From: Eledone cirrhosa
Taxonomy: Eukaryota
DNA length: 64,000 nt
Direction: 5' to 3'
NCBI GenBank assembly: GCA_964016885.1
Contig: CAXHJY010000183.1
Span: 15,769-79,768, forward strand
A program made the translations under genes and the position numbers. Positions 1 to 12,690 of the stretch are shown piece by piece; the stretch's first letter is position 1, and the number at the start of each line of letters is the position of its first letter. Under the pieces are notes generated by a model. The model saw nothing but the letters and a program-made list of their open reading frames with translations, had not been told where the DNA came from and did no database searches.

Positions 1-734
1 TTTTGAATGGCTGAAATGACTCGTGTTCTAATTGCTTCAGTTTCAACATACAGTTTTAGATCAAGTCACCTGTGGCTAAAATAACTCTTCCAGCATAAGA
101 TTGATTTAGTTTCAACACACTACAATCTCAGATCAAGTCCCTTGCCAGATAAGTACAATTGTGATAAAATTACTCTTCCACAATGTAATTGTTTTAATTT
201 TAACAGGGTCTCAGATTAAGTCACTTGCCAGGCATGTACAACTCCAAAAATTAAAGGGAATAAAGAGGGAATGCAACAAACACAAAATGAAATAAAAATA
301 ATGCAAATGGGGCTTAGAAAGGGTCAGGACCAGGCAACTAAAATATCTTCTTTTTGTATATATATTTAACTTCATATATTTATGAATATGGGAAGAACAC
401 ATCTTTGAGTCATTAACCTTCAAAATTTTCAAGATTTCATTTGGAAAAACATTCAAGTATCAATAGTTTAAAAAGACATATAAATTTTACCATTGCATCA
501 TGGTAGAATGACAGTTGTCATTAAAAATAAACATACATCCCAGTATTCACTTTTGCTTTAGTAATGTATATATATTAATAAATTTATAAAATGACATTAC
601 TACAAGATGCTTAGTGCACTTATGGCATTGTAATACCATAACACACATCACCTTATTCAATGCTAACTGAAATGAATTCAGGAAAACAGAATATTCACAG
701 AATCAGTGGTGTAGTGGCAATTTTGAACAGATTA

Positions 735-783
<49 letters not shown>

Positions 784-876
784 GAGATATATATATAGTA
801 AGATATTAAGTAATTTTGTTGATTATTGGAGGTGGTACCAATGTGAGTACTTGATGCTAGAGCAGAGTGTACATAT

Positions 877-1140
877 TAAGTTTGATATGATGAAATTTCA
901 CTTTAAATCGCTTTTATTGAATATTAACCATTACATTTGTTTCACAAATGATTGGCTCAATATCTATATCTATTTGGCTCAATATCAATATCTATATAAT
1001 CTATATGTCTGAGGAGCAGATCAATATTGGAGTCAATTCTATCACATGAAAACAGATCTCGAGCCAATCATCTATGAAATATATGTAACAGGTCAATACT
1101 CAATAAAAGCATTTTAACATGAAAATTTCATATCAAACTA
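877..1140. mobile_element. Diverged fold-back element (~80-bp inverted arms) carrying a degenerate hammerhead motif; Penelope-pLTR-like relic
   Basis: 877-958 is the reverse complement of 1061-1140 with several mismatches. CTGAGGA at 1009-1015, GAAA at 1076-1079, then TATATG-TA-ACA and AATAAA, ending in (TA)n. Confidence 0.55.
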
Positions 1141-1519
1141 AATATATATATATATATAATATATATATGATGATGATGATAGTTATATATATATACTTTT
1201 ATTGACTTCAATGACTATTGAGACACAATTTAGTCTCCCCAGCACACACAATATCATTAGTCATATAAGTAGAAATCAAGAATATATAGATGCCTTTCTA
1301 TGTGTTTCATTATAAAATTTAGAATGTATACAACACAAATGAAATTAAAAAAATTTTAAACAATTACCCAAGACACAAATTATTGATAAAGATAAATTAT
1401 GTTATTTTAAATTTTCATTTTATTTTATATAATTCACTGAAATTGTCACTTAAGCCAGAAGAATTTGAATTGTCTATGACAACGTCGAGAAGAAAGATAA
1501 ATGAGAATGTACATCATTA

Positions 1520-2355
1520 TTATAATCATCATCCACCATCTTATGTTTGCTTTTCATGCTAGCATGGGTTTGCCAGGTCATCAAAGTCTGAGACTACACA
1601 AGTTAGTGAACCACATCTTGCTCATATGTTTCATATTTTGGCATGATTTCTATGGTTTGATGCTCTTCCTAAGGCAAACCATCGTGCAGATTGTACTGGC
1701 AATATTTTATAATAGTAATAGAGCTACCACTTTACAGAGTGTACTGAGAGCATCTTATTATAGTAATAATACTACCCTTTACAGAGAATACTGAGAACAT
1801 CTTATCATAATAAAGGCACAGATTGTACTGGGAGTATCTTATGGCAATAACACTACCACTTTACAAAGTGTACTGGATGTATTTTATCAAGGTAACATCA
1901 CTACCACTTTACAGAGGCACCAGAACTATGACTTTACAGAGTGCACTGAGAATATCTTCTCATGGCAACAGCATTATCACTTTACAGAGTGTACTAGGTG
2001 AATCTTATGGCAACAGCAGGTGAAAGGTTGTCATGTACCCAGAAGTTCTCTCAGAGTCCTCTCTATTCAAGAAATGTTTCCATTTATAATGAGCATAAAG
2101 GAACCAGATGCAGCATGAAATAGAGAAGATTGCACTGGTATGAACACATCATGGATGATGGTGGTTGGGTGTAGAGGAGGCAGGAGATCATAGTAGAAGG
2201 AAGCTGGAGAAGAGGAAGACCGGGGCAGCTGTGGTGAAAATTAATCACAAAAATGACTAATTAATGCAACATGTGGAGAGAAGCTGTGGTGGAGAAGACT
2301 TTTAACCCATGCAAACATGGCGATACAGATGTAAAATGTTGATGACAATGATGTA
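1520..2355. mobile_element. Old RTE-derived composite with RTE tails at both ends in opposite orientation and an internal ~44-bp tandem array
   Basis: Left end (cat)n...catgctagcatgggtt and right end aacccatgcaaacatgg...gatg resemble the RTE 3' tail. About 7 copies of 'ccactttacagagtgtactg...' lie at ~1680-2020. Confidence 0.5.
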
Positions 2356-2799
2356 GCTTATCAGTTAATAGTGAAGTTCAATTCATCTGAACTCTGCCAA
2401 TGAAAATGATGCAATTAGAGAAATTCAATCTTGTATTAACTGTTCCTACATAATTCTATTTAATTTCTAAAATGAATTTATTTTGAATTTTACATCTAAT
2501 TAAAGCTCTCATCAGACAACTTTACTTTTCTTTACACACTATAACAAATGAAAACAACCCCAAAATATTGTATATTAAATGTTGGAGGTTAAGAAAAGAA
2601 GGATGAACAAAGATAAAAACAAGGGATTCAGGTAGTGCTTGAAATAAAGTAGTAAATAAACCTTTAAAACATAATGTTTAATTTTGCAATTATATATATA
2701 ATTTTTTTATGAAACATCTCTAAAGATGGTATTACCTTCTAGATACAAACCTGCCCCAAACTGCCTCTTTGTTTATGAATAATAATAATAATAATAATA

Positions 2800-3477
2800 C
2801 ACCATATTTACAAGGAAGAGGCTTGCCCACTGTGTAGGATCTGTGGAGAGAGAGAGGAGACTGTGGCTCACATTCTATCCGAGTGTAAACACCTAGCCCA
2901 AAATCACTATAAAGGCTGGAGACATGATGTGATAGGCAGGGTGATCCACTGGCATCTATGCAAAGTAAACAATTTACCACATTCTGAGAAGTGGTATGAG
3001 CATAAGCCAGAATCGGTGATAGAAAACGATCAGGCAAAGGTGTTGTGGGATTTTAGGAACAGACGGACAAGAAATTAGAACACAATAGGCCTGACCTGGT
3101 GGTTTTGGACAAGGAAAAAAGATTGTGCCTGATTGTAGATGTAGCCTGCCCATTTGACACGAGAGTGCAAGAAAAGGAGAGGGAGAAAATTAACCGATAC
3201 CAGGACTTAAAGTGGGAGGTAAAAAGGATTTGGAACTGCCATGAAGTCAGAGTCGTTCCGATTGTCATAGGGGCACTAGGTACTATCTCAAAGAGTTTCC
3301 AAGGATGGTTAAAGAAGATTACTCCAGCCCTGCTTTTTGGAACACTTCAAAAGGCATGCTTGCTGGGAACAGCAAGAACCCTCCGATACATCCTGACTAT
3401 CTGAGGCTGCAGGTAGTGGCTTGACATTCATTTCAACAAACTTTCCAGTTAAATAACATCAATGACTGAGACTCAGA
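2800..3477 (+). mobile_element. 5'-truncated R4/Dong-type non-LTR retrotransposon (CCHC finger plus restriction-like endonuclease), frameshifted
   Basis: CxxC...HILSEC, RHD, NRPDLVV...IVDVACP...EKINRY and VVPIVIGALG motifs in ORFs 2863-3078 and 3099-3404. Flanked on both sides by (TAA)n, the known Dong target. Confidence 0.85.
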
Positions 3478-3519
<42 letters not shown>

Positions 3520-4451
3520 CTTTAATGGTTTCCTATTTAAATTTAAATTTAACATAATTTGATATAAGAACCTCTTTTTAAATCGTGTTACAAATTCCAT
3601 TTTTATAATCTTATAATTTTAGTAAATCTTTCCAAACTCTTCGTTAAATTTTTTAATTTAATCAATTAAAAAACTGTGTTTCATTAGCTCTGTAGTAATG
3701 AAATGGTTAGGTTTTTTTTAAAGAATAAATCTACAGAAGTGTACATAAAAAAAGGAAAGGAAAAGAGAGATACTGACAAAGCTTCAGTTAACCCAAGGCT
3801 ATGGTAAAAATCACTTGATTAAGATGCCATTGTGATATCAAAGCAGAGACTTGAGGATTCTGAAAAAAAACTTCTTCCCTGTATATAACTTTATACCACT
3901 AAAGTAAAATGAAAATAAAAAAAATAGGTGGGATAGGGGTTCACATCTATGTAAGTTTAGCTGGCCTCTTACGCAGTTGCATCTAAAATGAGGATTCTTG
4001 GCTGTTCTCATGACAGGGACCCAGTTTTATCATGACAAGCAACATGAAATGAAGTTTACTGTCTAAGTATTGAACCTACAATCCAACAACCTGGCCATCA
4101 GACCACACACCTTCAGACCATTAAAGTAATCAGCTAATAAAATCTGTTCTTCCCCTAACTGTTTCAAGAATAAACAGCCTAACACCATATACCTATAAAG
4201 TAAACAAAATATACTCCCTGCAGGTAGTACAATTATGAAACAAATGTTGAACATGAACACAGGTGTTATATAGTGATAATCTACATAAATTCTAGACTTA
4301 CAATCTAAGCACATGGGAAAGATAATCATTATAGATATTATAAAAAGTTTGACTTCATTTATACATATGGTTAACTTTGTGGTACATACACATATATATA
4401 CACATACATATATATATATATATATACACACATTTATACACACACACATAT

Positions 4452-4492
<41 letters not shown>

Positions 4493-4614
4493 CATAAACA
4501 CACACACACACATATATATATACATACATACACACACACATATATATACATACACACATACACACACACATATATACATACACACACACACACATATATA
4601 TATATACGAGGTGG

Positions 4615-4912
4615 TTATGTTGGTACCACAACATCCAGCCCGAAACAAATGAGGTCGTGTAGGTGTCACGACAAAAAAAACACACAGTCCACGCTGTAAT
4701 GTGGCCGTGTAGGTAACACGGTAAAAACCTCCCAGTTCCACACTGTAAATGTGGTTGGTGTTAGGAAGGGCATCCAGCCGTAGAAAACCCACCAGACAGT
4801 CCTATGCGAGCAAGACAACCACTCTTGCCTCAAGTGGGAAAACTCCCATCCAAACCCATGCAAGCGTGGAATATGGACGTTAAACGATGATGATGATGAT
4901 GATGATGATGAT
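4615..4912 (+). mobile_element. RTE (family B) 3'UTR fragment inserted into the mariner TIR
   Basis: Matches 56217-56620 and has a (GAT)n tail. TSD GAGGTGG at 4608-4614 and 4913-4919. Confidence 0.85.
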
Positions 4913-4970
4913 GAGGTGGGTCAGAAAAGTTCCAGGACTGATGTCACAAAAGATCTATTTCAAACACAAA

Positions 4971-5600
4971 CTAAGAGTTTTCTCCTTCAAAGTAATCCCC
5001 CTGGAGTCTAATGCACTTTTCCATCCTTTTCTGCCACGCTTGCATGCACTCCTGGAAGGATTCTTCAGGGATCCTCCGCAGTTCTGTTTTGATGACGTCC
5101 ACGTCTTTAAAACGGGTCCCCTTGATGACTCCCTTGAGCATCCATGACTCATCACTGGTGATGACTGTCCCTAGCAAGTCTGGTTCGGTTTCAAGACGCT
5201 CGAGGATGTCCAGGCACACTTGCATGCATCGACCCTTCTGGTCATTGTTCAGCAGTTTTGGCACCATCTTCGCACAGACTTTCCGCATGCCCAAATCTTC
5301 AGTGAGAATCTTCCAGATGCTGTCCCGATTCATGCCCAGCTCATTTGCCATCAGTCGAACAGTCAGCCGACGATCGCTACGCACCATCTGCCTGATGCGC
5401 TCAACGTTGACCTCAGTCCTGGTTGTTGAGGGCCTTCCGCTCCTGGGGTCATCTTCCACGTCCTCGCGTCCTTCTTTAAACCTCTTGCACCACTCAAAAA
5501 CACATGAACGTGACATCGTCTCATCTCCATACACTTGCTGCAGCAATCCCAGTGCTTCTGATGGAGTTTTCAAGTTTGTTCATTGCTCTGTGCTCATTGC
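4971..5600 (-). pseudogene. Mariner transposase pseudogene: HTH domains retained, catalytic core deleted in frame
   Basis: Motifs DDPRSGRP, KMVPKLL (WVPHEL-like), TSDESW fused directly to C-terminal LKG..RF, and GDYFE. There is a stop codon near the N-terminus. Confidence 0.85.
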
Positions 5601-5621
5601 TTGACGACCTAAAACAGAGGA

Positions 5622-5858
5622 CATTTCATTTCATTTCATTTTACGTCTGCTTTTTCCCTGCTTACAAGGGTGGGACGGGAACTGATTCTGGCTTGATTTC
5701 TACAGCTGGATGCCCTTCCTAACACCAACCTCATTTACAGTGAGTGCTGGGTGCTTTTTTGCCGTGGCACCTCCACGACCACTTTGCAGTGGAATGATAT
5801 GGACCCCAGTCCCTATCATCTCATTTCTACAGCTGAGTAAATTGGAGCAATGTGAAAT
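5622..5858 (-). mobile_element. 5'-truncated CORE-SINE with RTE tail, nested in the mariner
   Basis: Near-identical to the corresponding part of 23627-23965. Confidence 0.85.
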
Positions 5859-6031
5859 GTATATAAAATTATGAAGTAAAAAGTTTGATCGCTGCAGAGA
5901 GCTAAGATTACAATTACATACTCCAGGGGGATTACTTTGAAGGAGAAAACTCTTAGTGTGAAGTTTGGGTTTGAAATAAATCTTTTGTGACATCAGTCCT
6001 GGAACTTTTCTGACTCACCTCGTACATACAT

Positions 6032-6077
<46 letters not shown>

Positions 6078-6262
6078 TATACACACACATATATATACAC
6101 ACACACACACATATATATACACACACACACACATATATATACACACACACACACATATATATATATACACACACACACATATATATACACACACACACAC
6201 ATATATATATATACATATATACACACACATACATATATACACACACACATATATATATATAC

Positions 6263-6299
<37 letters not shown>

Positions 6300-6494
6300 C
6301 ACACACACATATATATATATATATATACATATATACACACATATATATATATACATATATACACACACATATATATATATACATATATACACACACATAT
6401 ATATATATACATATATACACACACATAGATATATACATATATACACACACACACATATATATACATATACACACACACACACATATATATATAT

Positions 6495-6722
6495 ATACAA
6501 AGTGTTAAAACGATCAAATTTTAGTTTAGAACATTTATTTGCTGACAATTGTTTCTTCCAGGGAAAAATCTGGATTCATCGGAGTGTAAGGAATGTCAAA
6601 ACATGTTTCTAAAATCCTAGACATTCCTTACACTCCGATGATTCCAGACTTCCCTCTGGAAGAAACAATTGTCAGCAAATAAATGTTCTAAACTAAAATT
6701 TGATCGTTTTAACACTTTGTAT
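6495..6722. mobile_element. Fold-back element (~103-bp arms, 22-nt loop) with a hammerhead-like motif on each strand
   Basis: 6495-6597 is the reverse complement of 6620-6722. Plus strand reads CCGATGA-ttccag/ctggaa-GAAA-CAATTG-TC at 6635-6673. The element is embedded between (TA/CA)n tracts. Confidence 0.75.
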
Positions 6723-6851
6723 CTCGGCTCTGTAAAACACTTGAAAGTTTGCATTGAGCCTTTTGTCATACCGGTAACCGGCTAGTACATAGTACTACCC
6801 TCCATATTTATAGTTGTATCAAACATATGTAAATATAAATATTCTTATTAT

Positions 6852-6943
<92 letters not shown>

Positions 6944-7009
6944 CATACATACATACATACATACATACATACATACATACATACATACATACATACATAC
7001 ACATACATA

Positions 7010-7250
7010 TCATTCATTTCATCATCATTTCATTTTACGTCCGCTTTTCCCTGCTTGCAAGGGTGGGACGGGAACTGATTCTGGCTTGATTTCTACAGCT
7101 GGATGCCCTTCCTAACACCAACCTCATTTACAGTGAGTGCTGGGTGCTTTTTTTCCGTGGCACCTCCATGTCCACTTTACAGTGTGGGCTGGGTGCTTTT
7201 TTGCCGTGGCACCTCCACAACCATTTTGCAGTGGAATGATAGGGACCGGG
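7010..7250 (-). mobile_element. Truncated SINE with RTE tail and an internal duplicated unit
   Basis: Same sequence as the 3' half of 23627-23965. The 'tttacagtg...gggtgctttttt.ccgtggcacctcca' unit is present twice. Confidence 0.8.
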
Positions 7251-7594
7251 GTATATATATATACACACACATATATACATATACATACATATATATACAC
7301 ACTCATACATACATATATATACACACAGATACATACATATACATACATACATATACACACACATACATACATATATATACATACATATACACACACATAC
7401 ATACATATATATACATACATATACATATATATACATACATATAGATACATACATACATATAAATACATATACATATAAATACATATACATATAAATGCAT
7501 ACATACATATACATACATACATATAGATACATACATACATACATACATATATATATATACATACATATATATATATACATACATATATATATAT

Positions 7595-7625
<31 letters not shown>

Positions 7626-7740
7626 ATATATATATATATACACACACACACACATATATATATACATATATATATATATGCACATACATACACATATACA
7701 CACACACATATATATTATAAGAATTTCAAAACATGGAAGC

Positions 7741-8940
7741 AGGGACAAGAAAGAAGGGGTCTCAAAGTCAACTTGACAAAGACTAGGGTCCTTGTAAGTA
7801 GACGAGAAAACAGAACCCAGATCCCCTCAGGAAAATGGCCTTGCTCACTATGTAGGAAAGGTGTAGGTAGGAATTCCATCCTCTTCCCCAAATTCAAACT
7901 ATGGGTACACAAGAGATGTAGTGGAAGCTTAGTTAGGAATGTAGGCTTTACATGTAGCAGCTGCACCGAGACAGTAAGTAACAAACGGCCACAGGAAACA
8001 AGTACTACCAATCTCTGGGAGGGCTCTACAGAAACAGTAGACAGCTTCTGCTACCTAGGTGACTGAATTAGCAGCAGGGGTAGCGGAGGTGGGTGTTCTG
8101 AAAGTAATGTAACCAGGGTAAGAACGGGATGGAAGAAGTTCAGGGAGCTACTACCACTGCTAGCTGCAAAAGGCTTTTCCCTCAAAATAAGGCAGACTGT
8201 ATGGTGCATGCATACGAACAGCAGTGTTACGTGGTAGTGAGACCTGGGTGTTGTCTGTAGAAGACTTGCGTAGATTAGAAAGAAATGAAGCTTGCATGCT
8301 CCGATTAATGTGTAATAGTAATATACGTGAACGACAAAGCATAAATGAATTGAGAGAGAGACTGAGCATAAGAGGTATCAAATGCTGTATGCAGGAGAGG
8401 AGGTTGCGTTGGTATGGACATGTGATGTGTATGAAGGATGACAGCTGCATAAAAAGGTGCAGAGCACTAGAAGTCGATGGAAACCTTGGAGTGGGGAGTC
8501 CCAAGAAGATCTGGGATGAGGTGAGAAAAGCTGACCTTGCCCAATTACACCTCTCAAAGGCGATGACACACGACAGTGACCTCTGGCATCATGCAGTAAT
8601 AAAGAAGACCCGACTTTCCACAGGAACAAGCCGAAGCTGAAGCATATAGACAATATGCTCCCACCACCTCTCACTGCAAAGTGGTCGTGGAGGTGTCATG
8701 ACGAAAAAGCACCCAGCCCACACTGTAAAGTGGTCGTGTAGGCGCCATGGTAAAAAAGCACCCAGTACTCACTGTAAATGAAATTGGTGTTAGGAAGGGC
8801 ATCTAGCTGTAGAAATCAAGCCCAAATCAGTCCTGTATGACCAAGAAGGTCACCCAACCTGGCATTGCCCACAACAAGACAACCCATCTAACCCATGCTA
8901 GCGTGGAAGAATGGACGTAAAATGGTATTGATGATGATGA
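7741..8940 (+). mobile_element. Degraded 3' fragment of an RTE LINE (RT C-terminus, zinc finger, 3'UTR)
   Basis: ORFs 7773-8066 and 8224-8640 are homologous to the C-terminus of 43800-46772, with a stop and a frameshift. (GAT)n tail. Confidence 0.9.
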
Positions 8941-8946
8941 TATGTG

Positions 8947-8978
<32 letters not shown>

Positions 8979-9366
8979 CCCACCCACTCATACACACACA
9001 CACAAATATAAATATATAGTCATGTGATTAGTGGTTAGGATATTTGTCTCACAATTGTAGGACCATGATTTTGATCCCTGGCAGGTATGCTGTGTCCTTG
9101 AGCAAGACACGTTACTCTGGTCCGCTCAGCTGGGAAAAAGGAGTTGCACCTGTAATTTGAAAGGCCAGCCTTATCATATTTTGTGTCACCCGGAATCTCC
9201 CTGAGAACTACATTATGGATACATGTGTCTGTGCAATACTTTTAAAGAACATATATATAAGAAGAAATTATAACAGAAAATTCACAAATGTTCAAACTGC
9301 CCACATAATATTAGATCAAACTATTTTGATATTTCATATCGAAACCAATATGTGATGTACAGTTAC

Positions 9367-9507
9367 TTGTTCTCAGCCATAAACCTGGGCTCCACTGACT
9401 GCAATGCAGAGGAGGATAGTCAGGCCCCAGTATTTGACTAACTGCTTCCTCTTTGTAATCTCTGTTGAGACCTCTGGGATCTTTGGTCCCCACACTACTG
9501 ATTTCCT
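9367..9507 (-). CDS. Possible host internal coding exon (141 nt, phase 1-1), product unknown
   Basis: Acceptor ctttctgactttacag and donor a|gtaact. Open frame EISSVGTKDPRGLNRDYKEEAVSQILGPDYPPLHCSQWSPGLWLRT. GC is higher than the flanks. No homology recognised. Confidence 0.25.
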
Positions 9508-9961
9508 CTGTAAAGTCAGAAAGATGGTGGCTCTATGAGGTGGAGTGGCTGTTGCAGTGAATGTCTCTGGCCATTCATTGTGCTAATCCTTTTGTTGTTT
9601 TTCAGCAGGGTGTGACTGAATTGTAATGACTGCACACCTCTCTTTCTCTTCTTACTTGATCTTTCTTTCTTTTTCTACTTTTCATTTTCTCTTTACTTAT
9701 CCCTTTTCTGTTCCCTTTATTAGTGTGTTTTGTTTTTATTAGATGGTGCTCAATCATTTTTATATGTTGAAAAAATAAATATTAGTAACAAAAAAAAAAA
9801 AAAAAATTTATGTCTCAATTATACAAATATTCATTCTGTTGGATTAAAGAAAAAATTTTTTAAATATACTCCTGTGTTTTTTCACTTTTACTGTATACCT
9901 ATAATCTTTGTTTTGTATGGAACTTTACACAAGTGTGTATATGTATGTATGTGTATATTAA

Positions 9962-10158
9962 CCCTTTACCATTTAAATTACTCCATATTTACTATTATAC
10001 TTTCACAGTAAAGGTTTTATCTCACATACTATCGAATCTATGAGATTTTGATATTATTTATTTTGAGAACAATACCTTAACATCAGTATGAGCAGCTGGT
10101 TACAAAGAAATAGGTGAAAGAATTCTGGCCGGATACAGCCAGTTTAAATGTTGAAGGG
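9962..10158. mobile_element. piggyBac-type MITE (TTAA-flanked)
   Basis: ttaa-CCCTTTaccattta...taaatgttgAAGGG-ttaa. Homologous to 37002-37222. Confidence 0.75.
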
Positions 10159-10191
10159 TTAATAAATAAATTTACAAATGTGAACATAATA

Positions 10192-10306
10192 AATAATTGT
10201 TTCTACTTTAGGCACAAGGCCAGCAATTACCCAGTGCATTACTGGTACTTTATTTTATCGACCCCGTAAGGATGAAAGGCAAAGTTAACCTCGGCGGGAT
10301 TTGAAC
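10192..10306 (-). mobile_element. 3' half of SINE family 2
   Basis: Reverse complement of the 3' half of 34236-34427. Confidence 0.85.
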
Positions 10307-11730
10307 ATAATAAATAATGAAAGAAAGATTACCGTTTGAAGAAGTTTAACCCTTTTGATACCAACCCAGCTAAAACTGGTGTCTAATTCTATGAAACAAA
10401 CCCACCAATTTTAATGGATTTCTATCTAAATCAAAATCTTCAAACATCATTTTATATAATCATCTTAGTAATGAAATAATTCTATTAAACCCCACTATAT
10501 TCTTTATAGTTAATTCAAATACAGCTTATTTCCTTAGAGATATTGTAATGAAAGGATCAAAACGAAAACCATGAGTCAGATTTTTTAATGAGTTCTGTGA
10601 ACATTGGAATCTAATTCTGACTCCAACAAAACATTTCAAGTGACAAACACAGAAATTGGTAATAGATATGAAAACAACATCACACCAATTTGTTCCATTT
10701 TACAAGACAGCCAATGTTGAAAGTGCATGCAAGTTAGACAGAAAGCCAACACAGAAATGTAAAACAGACAACATGAATCATAGCTAGATGAAAAGTAAAG
10801 AACCACATTTATATTGATATTCATATGTATAAAAGGGTATAGTAAAAGCAATATACCATAATATATTGATGTATATACTGTGGCCTAGTGGTAAGTGTAT
10901 GGGACATACAATCATAATGACATGGGTTCAATTTCTGGACTAGGTTGTGTGTTATTATCTTGAGCAATTCATTTCCTTTCATGTTGCTCCAGTATACTCA
11001 GCTGAAAATGAGTACCAACAATAATTGTATTCTCAGTCACTTCACACCACAGAAACCAGGATATGAACCGGCCTGATGAGCCTCTGGACTTAGATATAAC
11101 CATGGCTGGCACCTGGGTATATAATATGTATATAACCTGGGTATATAATACCTAAAGCTAGGTCTTGAATGAGTGCCCCTTCTCTCTAATAAAACAATTT
11201 CTGCTGAGTCTGGCAAGGTGATAAGCCTAGGTTTTGGCATTCTTTGCTCTAATAACAGTTAAGAAAATTACACAACAAAGTCCACACTCATCCACAGCAA
11301 ACCATGACAGGTCATGATAACATACAACCTTCTCCATTGCTTTAGATATTTCCACAATGGTTCAATGATTTGTTTATTGATCACAGGAAAGTTTTGAAAA
11401 TTTGTATAGAACTGTGATCCTTTAAGGGTCAGTAATGTGCTTCTCTGATGTCTGTGCCTCAAGCAATTACCTAATTGGCCTTGATTGTAGCACCAGCCCT
11501 GTATAAAACTGTGATCCTTTAAAGTTCAGTATCTCTCTGATGTCAGTGCTCTAGTTGACTGACACATTAGCCTAATGGTAGTGCCAACCATGACTGTACC
11601 ATATCCGTAATGACATTTATAAGACACATTTGCGTAAATATGAAATGGTATATACATGAACAGCAATATACCACATTTATATGAATAGTAATGTACAATA
11701 ATGTACAATGATATATATCACACATATATT

Positions 11731-12068
11731 GAAGGCACATGGTTTAGTAGTTAGAGCATTGGGTTTACAATTGTGAGGTTGTGAGTTTGATTCCTGGACC
11801 AGGCACCATGTTGTGTCCTTGAGCAAGACACTGTACTTCACGTTGCTCCAGTTCACTCATGGAAAAAATGAGTTCTGACAACAATGGTGCCAAGCTGTAT
11901 CGGCCATTGCTTTTTCCCTTGGACAACATTGGTGGCGAGAGATTGGTATGCAAGAGCGACTGCTGGTCTTACACAAAAACAGTTTGCTAGGGTTTATGCC
12001 ATGGAGAGGAACTTTCGAGGTGCAAAACATATGGTCAGTCATTATGACTGATGTGGGTCTTTACCCTT
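11731..12068 (+). mobile_element. tRNA-CORE SINE, alternative (non-RTE-A) tail subfamily
   Basis: Head with A/B-box-like 'tggtttagtagttagagc...gagtttgattcc' and CORE-like 'gtgtccttgagcaagacact...cagttcactca'. The tail is shared with 24355-24690. Older copies lie at ~9020-9240, ~10878-11016 and ~12160-12460 (minus). Confidence 0.75.
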
Positions 12069-12501
12069 TTTATGTGTATAGATATACAATAGTGAACTTT
12101 GACCCGATGATAATGTCAGTTTCTTGCAATCACTTTGGTAGAGTATGAGGTCTATCTAGGATATGATTGGCTATGGACTTCCACCTTGAAAGTTCTTCTA
12201 AAAGGCAAAAACCAAAGTAAGGTGTTTTTGTGGAAGACGCAGTAGTTGTCAAGGCATGCCAATCTCCCCTCTCCTTGCCACCAACATTTGGCAAGGGAAA
12301 GGTTAAGACTGATATAGCTAATAACCAATGTCAATGCAACTAATGTTTCTGGGTGGACTGAAACAATGTGAAATAACATGTCTTGCTCAAGGAGACACAA
12401 CATGCCACTTTGTCGAGTAATTGAAGTAATAACCTTATGAGTGTAACTCAAACACTAATCACTATATAATGCACATGACATTTAGAAGGATTATTAATAT
12501 A

Positions 12502-12690
12502 GGGCGGTGGATTGGCAGTATCGCGAGAGGGTCGGATGCTATGCTTTGACGTATAGAGTTACGGCCCTTGCCATTCTGAGTTCAAATCCCACCGAGGTTA
12601 ACTTTGCCTTTCATCCTTACGGGGTCGATAAAATAAAGTACCAGCAATGCTCTGGGTAATTGCTGGCCTTGTGCCAAACGTAGAAACAAT
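12502..12690 (+). mobile_element. SINE family 2 (tRNA-like head, 'gcctttcatccttacggggtcgataaaataaagtacc' body)
   Basis: B-box gagttcaaatcc. Direct repeat ttattaatatag at 12491-12502 and 12690-12701 (TSD). Confidence 0.85.

Larger units (their letters stand above)
4607..6022 (-). mobile_element. Mariner transposon relic with internal deletion and two nested retro-insertions
   Basis: TIR cgaggtg(g/a)gtcagaaaagttccaggactgatgtcacaaaaga at both ends with TA flanks at 4605-4606 and 6023-6024. Transposase ORF 4971-5573. Confidence 0.9.

Noticed and set aside
6495-6722. Integrated viroid or obelisk genome
   Set aside because: The both-strand motifs follow trivially from the inverted duplication. 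There is no ORF and no tandem monomers, so a Penelope-like origin is more parsimonious.
11073-11110. Hammerheads at 11078 (+), ~2510 (-), ~38402 (-) and ~39856 (-)
   Set aside because: CTGATGA is present but GAAA and/or stem II is missing. They are too decayed to distinguish from chance.
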